This document shows positions 18,293 to 27,552 of a stretch of DNA of 51,991 nucleotides, piece by piece. The notes under the pieces are model-generated. The model was not told the DNA's origin, searched no databases, and saw nothing but the letters and a program-made list of their open reading frames with translations. Source of the stretch: Candidatus Zhuqueibacterota bacterium (GTDB lineage: Bacteria > Zhuqueibacterota > Zhuqueibacteria > Oceanimicrobiales > Oceanimicrobiaceae); contig JADFPY010000002.1 of assembly GCA_022562085.1 (NCBI GenBank), forward strand, positions 1 through 51,991, given 5' to 3'. The position numbers were made by a program, and so were the translations under genes. Numbering within the stretch: the first letter of the stretch is position 1; each line of letters opens with the position of its first letter.

Positions 18293-19900
18293 CTACGAGA
18301 CCTGGCCATCCGGAAACAGAGACTGCCGGAGTTCCTGGGTAGCGCTGCTGGCAGTGTTGGCGTTGAAGACCGCAAAAACATAGCGATCTGGCCTAAGAAC
18401 CACAAGATTCACCTGGAATCTATCGAACCAGGCTGCGAGCTTGCTCTCCAGGTCAGCCACGACTGCAAGGCCATCTTCAGGCCCTGGCTGTTCCGTTGCC
18501 CCGATGATCCGGACAAACCTGGTCGACAGGTTCTCCCAAAAAGCTTGCGACTCTGTAGTTATCACGCAGCGAGGATCAACCTCCAGGCCGAGAACAGCGA
18601 AGCCGTGGCCCAGCACCTCATCCAGCAGAACGCTCTCCTCATCTGTCGTGCGCACTTTTGGTTGAATGAATAGTTTGCCCCGGGCCGCACGTGATTGTTG
18701 CTGGCGGTCGCTAGCAACCAAACCACCACGAAAGCTTGCCTCTGGCCTGAATTCTCCACTTCTTACCTTGCGGCCAATGGTAGGTACAAACTTGAGAAGA
18801 CGGAAGAATAGGTTGCGAATCCAGGCAACAGTTCGGCTCTCGGTTTGTAAAATACGACCGAAATTAACTGACATTCTGGTCATTCTCTGAACGTGAGGTT
18901 TTCGTTCGATTTGGTAGGACTGCAGGATCGCGGGGTCGGCATGACCACGAAGAACGAGCGCCATCTTCCAACTCAAATTACTAACATCGCGAATCCCTGA
19001 GTTCATGCCGGTGCCACCAAACGGTGGCGTGAGGTGTGCCGCATCGCCGGCCAGGAAAACCCGCCCAGCAGTCCACTTGTCTGCGATACGGGCATGGTAG
19101 ATGTACACGGACTTGCGGATCAGCTCCACATCTCCTAAATCCACCCAGGGAGCTAACAGCGCTCTGACCGTTTCGAGCTGTTCCATTTGCTCCTGGGTTT
19201 CCCCAGTCTTGAGCATGAACTGCCAGCGATGATGGTTGAACGCCATCGGATAGGTAACAACCGGACGCTTCGGATCACAGATGAATTGGAGATTTGACGG
19301 ATACTTAGATGGATCATCAATCTTGACATCGACAACAAGCCATTGCTGGAAGGTCTTTCCAATCAACTCCGCACCTATCTGATGACGCACAATGCTACGA
19401 CCTCCATCACATCCCAGCAGGTACTTTGCTCTGACCTCGTAAACTTTATCGGTACCATGGTCTCGCACGACGACGGTAACTCCTTCGCCAGAGTCAGAAA
19501 ATGACTCTGCTTCGTTTCCCAGTCGAACTTCAACACAGGGAAATCGGTCAACGCCTTCGCGCAGCGTTTTTTCGATAAATGGCTGATAGAGGAGTATGAA
19601 CACATGGAACCCGTAGCCGAAATCGGTGCTACGTACTTCCAGGAATGGTTTGCCAACACCATCCAGAAACTGTAAAAGATTCTGGGGCAGCAGTTTGGGC
19701 ATGAGCAGATCTGACAAATGGATCGACTGCCAAATGCGCATCGATTCATCATCGCAAGTTCCTGCACGCGGCAACCGGTAAACGGCATCATCACGTTCGA
19801 GCACCAGGGTGCGGATGCCAAGTTGGCCAAACAAGTTTGCAGCCGTCGTGCCAACGGGGCCATACCCCGCGAGGATAATGTCATAGTCCGGGGTCGTCAT
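18293..19900 (-). CDS. FAD-dependent aromatic-ring monooxygenase (PheA/TfdB/MhpA-like)
   Basis: ORF 18293..19945. Preferred ATG at 19900 with GGGAGGA 8 nt upstream. GxGxxG motif DIILAGYGPVGTTAANL. DG and GD motifs GCDGGRSIVR and LAGDAAHLTPPFGGTGMNSGIRD. Confidence 0.8.
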   Translation of the reverse strand: MTTPDYDIILAGYGPVGTTAANLFGQLGIRTLVLERDDAVYRLPRAGTCDDESMRIWQSIHLSDLLMPKLLPQNLLQFLDGVGKPFLEVRSTDFGYGFHVFILLYQPFIEKTLREGVDRFPCVEVRLGNEAESFSDSGEGVTVVVRDHGTDKVYEVRAKYLLGCDGGRSIVRHQIGAELIGKTFQQWLVVDVKIDDPSKYPSNLQFICDPKRPVVTYPMAFNHHRWQFMLKTGETQEQMEQLETVRALLAPWVDLGDVELIRKSVYIYHARIADKWTAGRVFLAGDAAHLTPPFGGTGMNSGIRDVSNLSWKMALVLRGHADPAILQSYQIERKPHVQRMTRMSVNFGRILQTESRTVAWIRNLFFRLLKFVPTIGRKVRSGEFRPEASFRGGLVASDRQQQSRAARGKLFIQPKVRTTDEESVLLDEVLGHGFAVLGLEVDPRCVITTESQAFWENLSTRFVRIIGATEQPGPEDGLAVVADLESKLAAWFDRFQVNLVVLRPDRYVFAVFNANTASSATQELRQSLFPDGQVS

Positions 19901-19922
19901 ACTGAATGTCCTCCCTTCTTCA

Positions 19923-21494
19923 TTATGAATCTTTGTAACTTTCAACCACGGCTTCCGCCGTCTGCTCCGAGATAGCGGAAATGGTCATGCAGGGGTGAAA
20001 CCCCAGTGATGAGGGAATCATGGACCCATCAGCGACGTATAAGCCGGGGTAGCCATGTACTTCTCCCGCGGAGGAAACAACACCCTCTTCGGGTGAATCA
20101 GAGAGATTGCATCCGCCGAGTGGGTGCACGGTGAGAATTCGTTTAAAGATGGTCCAGGTGACCAGTGGGGCAAATGTTCCGCCATAAATATCGCTTACTT
20201 CCTGCATACTTGCAATCATCTTCTCCACCAACTCGTGGTTCTCACGAGCATAATTCCACGTAATATCGAGATTTCCCTTTTTCAACCGGATCTGACCGTT
20301 GGCATTATCCCGTCCAATCGCAAAAAGGTTGGTCATTCTGGCAGGATCACCAGCGTTGGGCATAGACGCTTTACCCGGTTTACTCAACAGTCCTTTCTTA
20401 AATGCCCAAATGAGAATGGACGCCATCTTATGCCACAGTATCGGCGACAGAAAACGCAGCCAACCGTGGTTGGGCTGGCCCATAGCAGCCAAAACTTTCA
20501 TCACCGGTTGACTGAAGCTAGGCGCGGCCATGGTGAACTGAGGCGCCTCGTCAAAATAGCGCATCACGGAAGTGACATCCGGCCCTTTCCATGGTTCGAG
20601 GTCGATCTCACTATTCTGAATGGACCCAAGAAAATCACCATTTCCTGAGAAACCGCTGCCCAGTTTTGCACTAAGCTTGGGCAGGGTTCTGAATACATCA
20701 CGACTCTGGAGTAGAATCTTGTTGGTTCCTAGAGTACCCGCTGAGAGAACCGTACGTGAGGCATCAACACTGCCCGCTTTATCGGTTCCCACGTCTTTAT
20801 AATGCACGCGATAGCCCGATTGCAAAGGCTCAATATGCATGACGTTGATGCCGGTTTGGATGCGAGCGCCCAACTGCTCGGCCTTCGCAAGATAGGTTAG
20901 ATCCAGCGAGTTTTTTGCTCCGTACTGACATCCAAATTCGCACTCCGCTACCATGCGGCAAGCCTCCCGGTCTGGCCCGCCAGGCTCTTGCCAACTCACT
21001 GCCTGGTCTGGATCGAAAACATCTCGATTTAGCTTCTTAGCTGCTTGTCGAAAGATGTCGCGTTTCGGCAATGAGACGTCTGCCGGCACCGGTGCGATGC
21101 CCAGCATATCTGCGACCTTATCGTAGTATGGATCAAGACTCGCGCGGTTAATTAAGCGCGGCCATTTGGGATCTTCAAACACCACAGCGTCCGGTCGGAT
21201 ATGGATATTGGCGTAAATCAAAGATCCACCGCCAACGCCGCTTGCAACAATGGTTCCTATGCCGGAGAAAAAGTCCAATTCATACAAGCCCCGAAAATCC
21301 GATTGTTTCGGGTAACGCCAAAACAAGCTCTTGACATCGGTGACGTCTCTGGGGAATTCGCCGGGTTTGTAGCGTTTGCCGCGCTCCAAAACCAGCACGG
21401 ATTTGCCGGCCTCCGCCAAACGTAAAGCATTTATGGAACCACCGAATCCAGAACCGATGACGACTGCATCGTACTGATGTGGAGAATTATTCAT
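19923..21494 (-). CDS. GMC-family oxidoreductase (cholesterol-oxidase-like)
   Basis: DAVVIGSGFGGSINALRLAEAGKSVLVLERG at the N-terminus. C-terminal VHPLGGC and GLYVADGSMIPSSLGFHPCMTISAISE. The ATG overlaps the upstream stop (ATGA at 21491-21494). Confidence 0.85.
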   Translation of the reverse strand: MNNSPHQYDAVVIGSGFGGSINALRLAEAGKSVLVLERGKRYKPGEFPRDVTDVKSLFWRYPKQSDFRGLYELDFFSGIGTIVASGVGGGSLIYANIHIRPDAVVFEDPKWPRLINRASLDPYYDKVADMLGIAPVPADVSLPKRDIFRQAAKKLNRDVFDPDQAVSWQEPGGPDREACRMVAECEFGCQYGAKNSLDLTYLAKAEQLGARIQTGINVMHIEPLQSGYRVHYKDVGTDKAGSVDASRTVLSAGTLGTNKILLQSRDVFRTLPKLSAKLGSGFSGNGDFLGSIQNSEIDLEPWKGPDVTSVMRYFDEAPQFTMAAPSFSQPVMKVLAAMGQPNHGWLRFLSPILWHKMASILIWAFKKGLLSKPGKASMPNAGDPARMTNLFAIGRDNANGQIRLKKGNLDITWNYARENHELVEKMIASMQEVSDIYGGTFAPLVTWTIFKRILTVHPLGGCNLSDSPEEGVVSSAGEVHGYPGLYVADGSMIPSSLGFHPCMTISAISEQTAEAVVESYKDS

Positions 21495-24400
21495 GATTTT
21501 GTTTCTTCCAGTTGATTTAAGATGTGGGGATAAACATCGCGCACGGCATTCTTGCCATAAATGCAGTCGATGTGCCCATAATCCGGAATCACGAAACGCT
21601 TGTAAAGATCTGCTCCATTCTGGTCACGCAACAGGTTGTAGGTGATTTCGGTGCTCTCGGGCAAGTAGCATTCGTTTTCCTCACCCGAAATGAAAGTAAT
21701 CGGTATCGCCATGCGCTCAAGATGGGGCAGATAACTATCCTCTCCTTGAAGATTGACCAGGTGCCCTTTACGAGACATAAGCGCGAGGTGTTCGAAGGAA
21801 GTAATATTGGCCACTCCAAACAACTCATGCAAGTTGTCATGTGTCAGGCGGTTTAACTGGTCGTGCTCATATAGCTGACCGTACAGGAAAGCGATGCGGT
21901 GGCAAACCGGATTGTTGCAGCGCTCTTCTTTTTGGATCGGATAAAATTTCAGAGCTTCGTTAAACAACTTGTCCGGCCACTTAGCGTCTTTGGCCGTATA
22001 AGCGTTGAGTGATTTTATCCCCATTTTAGCCAGGAAGCTAGGTGTATGTAGACCGGTCTTCATCCTTGATAGGAAGGGCAGCTTCATGTGGGTAGACACT
22101 TGCGAACAGACCGCCGCGCGGACCCCTTGCAGCCAGCCGCCAAGCATGGACATAGACCAGGTTGTCGATCCGTAGCAATGAACCACCATCTGTACACTTT
22201 TCGCAGCAGTGATCTCAAGAACGGCATCGACTGCCCTGGGGTAGTCGTACTTGGCTATCACGTCCCCGCTGAATTGTGCATGCGCAGCTGGGAGCTCAAT
22301 ACTGGCGCGATAATCCAGCAGCCAAACGTCATATTCATGGGCGAAGAGATACTCAACCAGATTCGTGTCGTAAGTATCCATCGAGAAAATACGACTGGAC
22401 ACACCCAATCCGTGTGAAAGTATGACCGGGCCTTTTGAGCCCCCCTGGTAACGAGTCAGACGAAGCGTTACCTGATCCTGGGTCTTGATATCGAAGACCT
22501 CGGGTGCAGAGGCACGCAACGGACGTTTTTTACGGGGGGCAGCATCTGGATTGAAATAATTCTGCCCGGCGAAGATACCACCGAAAGTGTCAAAAAGCCT
22601 CCCGGCAAAAAATGTCCCAAATTGCGCATTGTACTTCAAACACTGCGCCAAACTGCTGGTGTTGGTCACCTTAAGCGTTCGCATCTGCTTCATAAAATCC
22701 ATCGCCCTGATCTTCAGCACACCCTTGCCGAACACCGGACCTCCTTCATTTTCGCCCTCATAGATTGTGATATAGAGCGTCGTAGTATCGCTCCAAAGAT
22801 CAAAACCTGGGTCATCTCGAATCTCTTTGAACCCCTTCAGATAATAATCCTGACCCTCTTGCGAACTCAATTTCATATCATAACGCATCAGGCGAGTTTC
22901 GATCTCGTCGGGATGTTCGGTCAGGAGATTAAAAACACCCTCAGTCACCGTTAAGGCTGCTGTAGAAAGGGCAGGAGCGCTGACAGTACCTATTAGCGTT
23001 GCCTGGTGTCTCTCATCCTGAAGCATTAGTTCAAGATCATTGGAAATGACGGTGACGGTAAACTCAAAAGTCGAGCCCTCTGTCTTACCAAGTTCAGCAG
23101 CCCTTTGATAGTCTTCCTTGATTTTGGTTGAGAAATAGCCCACCATGGTCTCGGTGAACTGAATTCCCACTTTAGATGGTAGCACGGCTTTCGGTGCTCG
23201 CGATGGCAAATCGTAATTGATTCTCCAACCGTGGTCATTGGCAATTAACGCGACATTACGTTCAGCAATTGCGGAGATCGTCAAGAGAGGATTGGTCCCT
23301 AGTGACGTCGGAATAACTGAGCCATCGAGCACGTACAAGCCTCGGTGAACCTCATCACTTTCTTTTGACGCGAATACCTGACCTTTGTGATTCACCACAC
23401 CGTCTGATGACTGTTCAGCCATAATACAACCGCCCAGGGGATGAACGGTGACCAAATTATGACCTAATAGTTTTGTCCATGTCGGATTTGGCACATACGT
23501 TCCCCCCAGCGCTTCTGTCGCCTTGATAAGACGCTTCTTTGCTTTTATGAAAATCTCGTCCTTACCGATCCCCGGCCAGGTAATGCGCAATCTGTCATCT
23601 TGAAGCGTCATGACTCCTCCACAACCATCATGGCACATAACAAGATAAGTTTGTGTATTATTGACCGCGCCACGGTAGGCACTTCCCAGGAAAACACTTT
23701 CCAATTCTCGTTTTTTCTCACCGAGGAAGTCTAACAACCCTTCATCGGTATCTTCACCAATGAATTTGCTGGCAGTTGAAAACAGCAGGGGTAAAATCGC
23801 CGACATTGCTCCAGGAATCGTGCCGTCTTCAATACACATGCCTTCTTTATAATCTTCACTGCTTTTGCGCGTATCGATGATGCTGGTAATACAAGGCCCA
23901 ACGGGGTTATCAGCATCTGGAGTACGATTTCCCCAGCCGATGCCGTTTATCTTTTCATCATTATTATAAGCGAAAGCGATCATATCACCATTTCCACTAA
24001 AATGCTTGCCAAGCATATCCGACGCGGTTAACCCGTTTTGTTTTGAACGCAGTAAAATTTCCGTACTACCCAGCGTCCCGGCTGCCAGGATAACGATGTC
24101 TGCCCGGACGAACAAAGTGGAAGCATCGAATTTTTCCCGTCCCATGCCGGTTGCCTTGAAATGCACGACCCATTTGCCCGCTTGCTTCTCTAGGTAGCGA
24201 ATATTCACTTCCGTAAAAATATCAGCACCATGGTTCCTGGCGTCGGGCAGGTAGTTCATCTGCACCGTATTCTTAGCAGTGTGGTTACAACCAGAGGTAC
24301 AATCGCCACACAAAATGCAAGGAGATTGTTCCACTCCGACATGATTCAGGCCGTCCTTGTTTTCCTCGAATGTAACTGCAATGGGAGTTCGATAAAAATC

Positions 24401-24913
24401 CTCTTTCATATACTTTGCAGATTTTTCGTGCGCGGAGAGTTTTTTCAAAGACGGCAACTTGTCTGGATACGGTACGGGTTTCAACATTTCCCGGGCTCGC
24501 TTGAAACCGGCCGCCACGCCGTCGTTGAGGTCCTGCACCAGCGCTTTTGGCCACGCCGGATTTTGAAAGACCCGGGGGTCAGCCTCGATAGCAACATTCG
24601 CGTTAATCAAGGAGGTACCACCAAGGCCACAACCTACCAAGACATTTATGTCATCATTGGTATGGAAGTCGAAAAGATTCGTTTCAGAGCCAGAGTGGCC
24701 TTTTGGTGTATCGTACTGCGAGTTTGCAGCGGCTTCAGGTAGGGTACTGGGAAAATCGCCTGGAAAGAACTCTTTTCCTCGTTCCAATACACAGACCTGC
24801 TGCCCAGCCCTGGCAAGACGCGATGCGGCGATCCCGCCGCCATAGCCGGATCCGATCACCACAACTGTGTAATGATTCTTGATGTTTTCGATGGGTAGAG
24901 ATAGACGTGACAT
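21491..24913 (-). CDS. Fusion protein: GMC oxidoreductase (cholesterol-oxidase-like) + ~250-aa middle region + C-terminal alpha/beta-hydrolase-fold domain
   Basis: ORF 21491..24928 opens with TTG. Preferred ATG at 24913 with a GAGGA that overlaps the upstream stop codon. The GMC part has VVVIGSGYGGGIAASRLARAGQQVCVLERG, VHPLGGC and GLYVLDGSVIPTSLGTNPLLTISAIAE. The C-terminal part has GPVILSHGLGVSSRIF, the candidate nucleophile region VVHCYGSTTW and the His region IPDYGHIDCIYG. Confidence 0.8.
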   Translation of the reverse strand: MSRLSLPIENIKNHYTVVVIGSGYGGGIAASRLARAGQQVCVLERGKEFFPGDFPSTLPEAAANSQYDTPKGHSGSETNLFDFHTNDDINVLVGCGLGGTSLINANVAIEADPRVFQNPAWPKALVQDLNDGVAAGFKRAREMLKPVPYPDKLPSLKKLSAHEKSAKYMKEDFYRTPIAVTFEENKDGLNHVGVEQSPCILCGDCTSGCNHTAKNTVQMNYLPDARNHGADIFTEVNIRYLEKQAGKWVVHFKATGMGREKFDASTLFVRADIVILAAGTLGSTEILLRSKQNGLTASDMLGKHFSGNGDMIAFAYNNDEKINGIGWGNRTPDADNPVGPCITSIIDTRKSSEDYKEGMCIEDGTIPGAMSAILPLLFSTASKFIGEDTDEGLLDFLGEKKRELESVFLGSAYRGAVNNTQTYLVMCHDGCGGVMTLQDDRLRITWPGIGKDEIFIKAKKRLIKATEALGGTYVPNPTWTKLLGHNLVTVHPLGGCIMAEQSSDGVVNHKGQVFASKESDEVHRGLYVLDGSVIPTSLGTNPLLTISAIAERNVALIANDHGWRINYDLPSRAPKAVLPSKVGIQFTETMVGYFSTKIKEDYQRAAELGKTEGSTFEFTVTVISNDLELMLQDERHQATLIGTVSAPALSTAALTVTEGVFNLLTEHPDEIETRLMRYDMKLSSQEGQDYYLKGFKEIRDDPGFDLWSDTTTLYITIYEGENEGGPVFGKGVLKIRAMDFMKQMRTLKVTNTSSLAQCLKYNAQFGTFFAGRLFDTFGGIFAGQNYFNPDAAPRKKRPLRASAPEVFDIKTQDQVTLRLTRYQGGSKGPVILSHGLGVSSRIFSMDTYDTNLVEYLFAHEYDVWLLDYRASIELPAAHAQFSGDVIAKYDYPRAVDAVLEITAAKSVQMVVHCYGSTTWSMSMLGGWLQGVRAAVCSQVSTHMKLPFLSRMKTGLHTPSFLAKMGIKSLNAYTAKDAKWPDKLFNEALKFYPIQKEERCNNPVCHRIAFLYGQLYEHDQLNRLTHDNLHELFGVANITSFEHLALMSRKGHLVNLQGEDSYLPHLERMAIPITFISGEENECYLPESTEITYNLLRDQNGADLYKRFVIPDYGHIDCIYGKNAVRDVYPHILNQLEETKS

Positions 24914-24924
24914 GATATTGATCC

Positions 24925-27549
24925 TCAAAGATTCCAGAACAGAAATTTCTTCTTTTTCCGTGCCATTTTTGCACTATATCGCTCAAGAATGAATTCTTCG
25001 AATAGGGAAGAAAATACCAACGACTGTTTTTTATTCACTTTGGCGTAGCCCCCCTTGATTAAATTCGTCAACACATATTTTTGGGCATTAGGAACTTTTT
25101 CACGCTGGCACAGGCATAACAAAACATCGCGTTGGTCATCATCGCAGGTATCCCAAATCTGCTGGAAATGCACCCTTGCCTCGTCCAAAAACTCCTCCTT
25201 CACCCGCTCAAAAGTGGCGTCCGTGATACTTTCGTTACTTCTGACGTATTCGAACAGGACGGCACAGGCCATCTGAATAAAAAATGGATAATAGCCCGCG
25301 ATATCAAAGACGAACGGTGCATAATATTCCAGGGAGTATCCTAATTCTTGAGAGGGACCCGTTATCAATTCCAGCGCCTCTTGCTGGCTAAAGTGCGATA
25401 GGGTTGTGTTGGAGAAGATATTAAAAAACGGAGAGTCAGAAATCGCGCGACTGTGGCACAGCGTCTGGAGGTTCCTCCCCGACGAAACAACATACCCAAT
25501 GTTGTAATTGTTGGCGATGGAGCGGAGAAAGGAGTAGAACTCCGTGTCAAATTTTTGGTTTTGGGTGATGCTCTCAAATTCATCAAACAGCATAATGATA
25601 TTTAAGCCATGCTCATCATAGGCTGTTACCACCTTCTTAAAGCCCTCATAGTCGGGTTGGACATCCAGGGCCAGTCCACCTCTGGACTCATCTAAGAGAA
25701 ATGCATAAATAGATTGAAAGAATGTTGGGATGTCAATGCCACGCTTTTCCTGAAAATCGATGAAGACGAACCGGTAATCGTTGGGCCTTTGTAAATATGT
25801 CATCCGAATTTTCGGATGACATAGATAATTGAGCAGGGAGGATTTGCCGATTCTTCTCTCGCCCACAATGGAAACAGACTGGGGTCTTGACGATCCGATC
25901 CTGGAAAAAATCTTGGAAACTTCGCTTTTGCGTCCGTAGAACTCATCTATGTTTTTGATCTTGACCCGATTCATATAGGGGTTTTTGAGTCCTTTTGCGA
26001 ATCCCTTCTCTTCCCCCTCCACATCCAGCGGCGGCGTCAATGTGATTGTCGGTGGCAGGTCGCTTTTTCCCCTGTCAGATGTTTTTTCCCTGATTAATTC
26101 ATCCTCTTGCCATTGGAGTCGGTAGATATCGATTTTTTCGCTTTTGCCTTTCAATAGCTCATTGCAAACAAAAGCCAGGGCGAATTCAGAGTTATCCTTG
26201 ACTTTCTGAAAGACACTATCTGACAATAGTATTTCGTTGGCAGTCGCCCTCTGTTCGACGCGCGCAGCGACATTGACGATATCGCCGTAGACGTCGTTTT
26301 TTTCAATCATAGCCCGGCCGAAATGCAACGCGATTCGAATGGCAATTCGATCCTCCTCCGGTTGAGCCAACGTCTGTTTACGCAGCACTTTCTGCATTGC
26401 GATGCTACAACGACAGCCATTCGCTGCTTCTGTGAAATAGGCCAAAATGGCGTCGCCACTGGTTTTGATCATGTGACCGCTGTGCTGTTCGATGAGAGGG
26501 GTCATAAGGCGAGTGTAGCGGTGCAGCATGGCACGCCCGGACACATCCCCCTTTTGCTCAAAGTAGGCCACTGAGCTAACAACGTCACTGAACATAATCG
26601 TAACGTCTTTTGTGTACTTGCTCACAATGATGTCGTCTATTTTCCGCCTCTGCGATAACAAATCTCTAATGTTGTCCACTCCAGCTTTGAAGTTCGAGGG
26701 GGATTCGAGTCCCACATTTCCTCCACTGCTTGCGCCTTCGTCCATCTCAAGACGACGCTGAATCGTGTGCAGCTCCGAGATCATTTCACGCACCGTGCCG
26801 TACCGTTCCTCTCGTTTTTTCTTCAACGCTTTTTCAATAATTTTGTACAAATCATCCGGTACGTCGGGGAGAGGCTCCGGTTCTTCGTTAATAATCGAGT
26901 AGACCACCTCGACTGGGTGATTGCCACTGAAAGCAAGCCGCCCGCTCAAAAGTTCATAAAAAACAGCTCCCAATGAAAAGATGTCCGAAGCCTGGTCAAC
27001 TTCCTCCCCTCTTGCCTGCTCTGGCGACATATAATGTACCGTGCCTATTTGAGTTCCGAGTGTGGTCAGATCGCCGAGGTTCTTGAGTTTGGCCAAGCCA
27101 AAATCCACGATCTTCACCCTCACATCGCGGCCGATCATGATGTTTTCCGGCTTGATGTCTCGATGCACAATATCAGCTTCATGTGCTGTGCTGAGACCCT
27201 GGCAAACTTGCAGGATTATATCGAGGCTCTCATTCAGAGAGAATTTTTGCTTATCGATGTAATGGCGGAGGGATTCACCCTGGATATACTCCATCGATAT
27301 GTAGATTCGACCTTCGAATTCGTCGATTTCGTAGACGACGACAATATTGGGATGAGTCAACGCTGCAGCCGCTCGCGCTTCCCGTTCAAAACGTGCCTTG
27401 TTCTTGTCGTTTTCGTACAACTGCTGGAACAAAAACTTGAGCGCCACTTTACGATGAAGTTTGCTATCCTCGGCAAGATAAACCTCTCCCATGCCGCCCT
27501 GACCCAATTTCTCCAGTATTTTATAATGGGATATGGTTTTTCCGATCAT
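24925..27549 (-). CDS. Triple fusion: Hanks-type Ser/Thr protein kinase + class III adenylate/guanylate cyclase domain + Arch_ATPase/STAND-like ATPase module
   Basis: Kinase: LGQGGMGEVYLA, VALK, HRDIKPENIM, DFGLAK, YMSPEQ. Cyclase: VTIMFSDVVSS...GDAILAYF...ALHFGRAM...YGDIVNVAARVEQ. Module: NPYMNRVKIKNIDEFYGRKSEV, GERRIGKS (nt 25840-25863), IIMLFDEFE, tail KKKKFLFWNL. Confidence 0.85.
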   Translation of the reverse strand: MIGKTISHYKILEKLGQGGMGEVYLAEDSKLHRKVALKFLFQQLYENDKNKARFEREARAAAALTHPNIVVVYEIDEFEGRIYISMEYIQGESLRHYIDKQKFSLNESLDIILQVCQGLSTAHEADIVHRDIKPENIMIGRDVRVKIVDFGLAKLKNLGDLTTLGTQIGTVHYMSPEQARGEEVDQASDIFSLGAVFYELLSGRLAFSGNHPVEVVYSIINEEPEPLPDVPDDLYKIIEKALKKKREERYGTVREMISELHTIQRRLEMDEGASSGGNVGLESPSNFKAGVDNIRDLLSQRRKIDDIIVSKYTKDVTIMFSDVVSSVAYFEQKGDVSGRAMLHRYTRLMTPLIEQHSGHMIKTSGDAILAYFTEAANGCRCSIAMQKVLRKQTLAQPEEDRIAIRIALHFGRAMIEKNDVYGDIVNVAARVEQRATANEILLSDSVFQKVKDNSEFALAFVCNELLKGKSEKIDIYRLQWQEDELIREKTSDRGKSDLPPTITLTPPLDVEGEEKGFAKGLKNPYMNRVKIKNIDEFYGRKSEVSKIFSRIGSSRPQSVSIVGERRIGKSSLLNYLCHPKIRMTYLQRPNDYRFVFIDFQEKRGIDIPTFFQSIYAFLLDESRGGLALDVQPDYEGFKKVVTAYDEHGLNIIMLFDEFESITQNQKFDTEFYSFLRSIANNYNIGYVVSSGRNLQTLCHSRAISDSPFFNIFSNTTLSHFSQQEALELITGPSQELGYSLEYYAPFVFDIAGYYPFFIQMACAVLFEYVRSNESITDATFERVKEEFLDEARVHFQQIWDTCDDDQRDVLLCLCQREKVPNAQKYVLTNLIKGGYAKVNKKQSLVFSSLFEEFILERYSAKMARKKKKFLFWNL
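24928..25983 (-). other. ATPase module copy 2 (domain of the kinase-cyclase protein)
   Basis: 352 aa, collinear with copy 1 (9625-10680). Shared strings include NIDxFYGRKSEV, SRPQSxSIVGERRIGKSSLL, FIDFQEK, SPFFNIFSN, AGYYPFFIQ, VHFQQIWD and KKKKFLF. Confidence 0.8.
26110..26607 (-). other. Class III nucleotidyl cyclase (CHD) domain inside the kinase-cyclase-ATPase protein
   Basis: About aa 315-480. The metal-binding Asp positions lie in MFSDVV and SGDAIL. The transition-state region is YGDIVNVAARVE. Confidence 0.75.
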
Positions 27550-27552
27550 GAT

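Noticed and set aside
26110-26607. Whether the cyclase domain marks a Pycsar/CBASS-type cyclic-nucleotide defence system
   Set aside because: I could recognise no cNMP-binding, SAVED, TIR, patatin or TM-effector gene nearby. The cyclase is embedded in a kinase/ATPase signalling protein rather than being a stand-alone enzyme next to an effector. It was kept only as a remote alternative.
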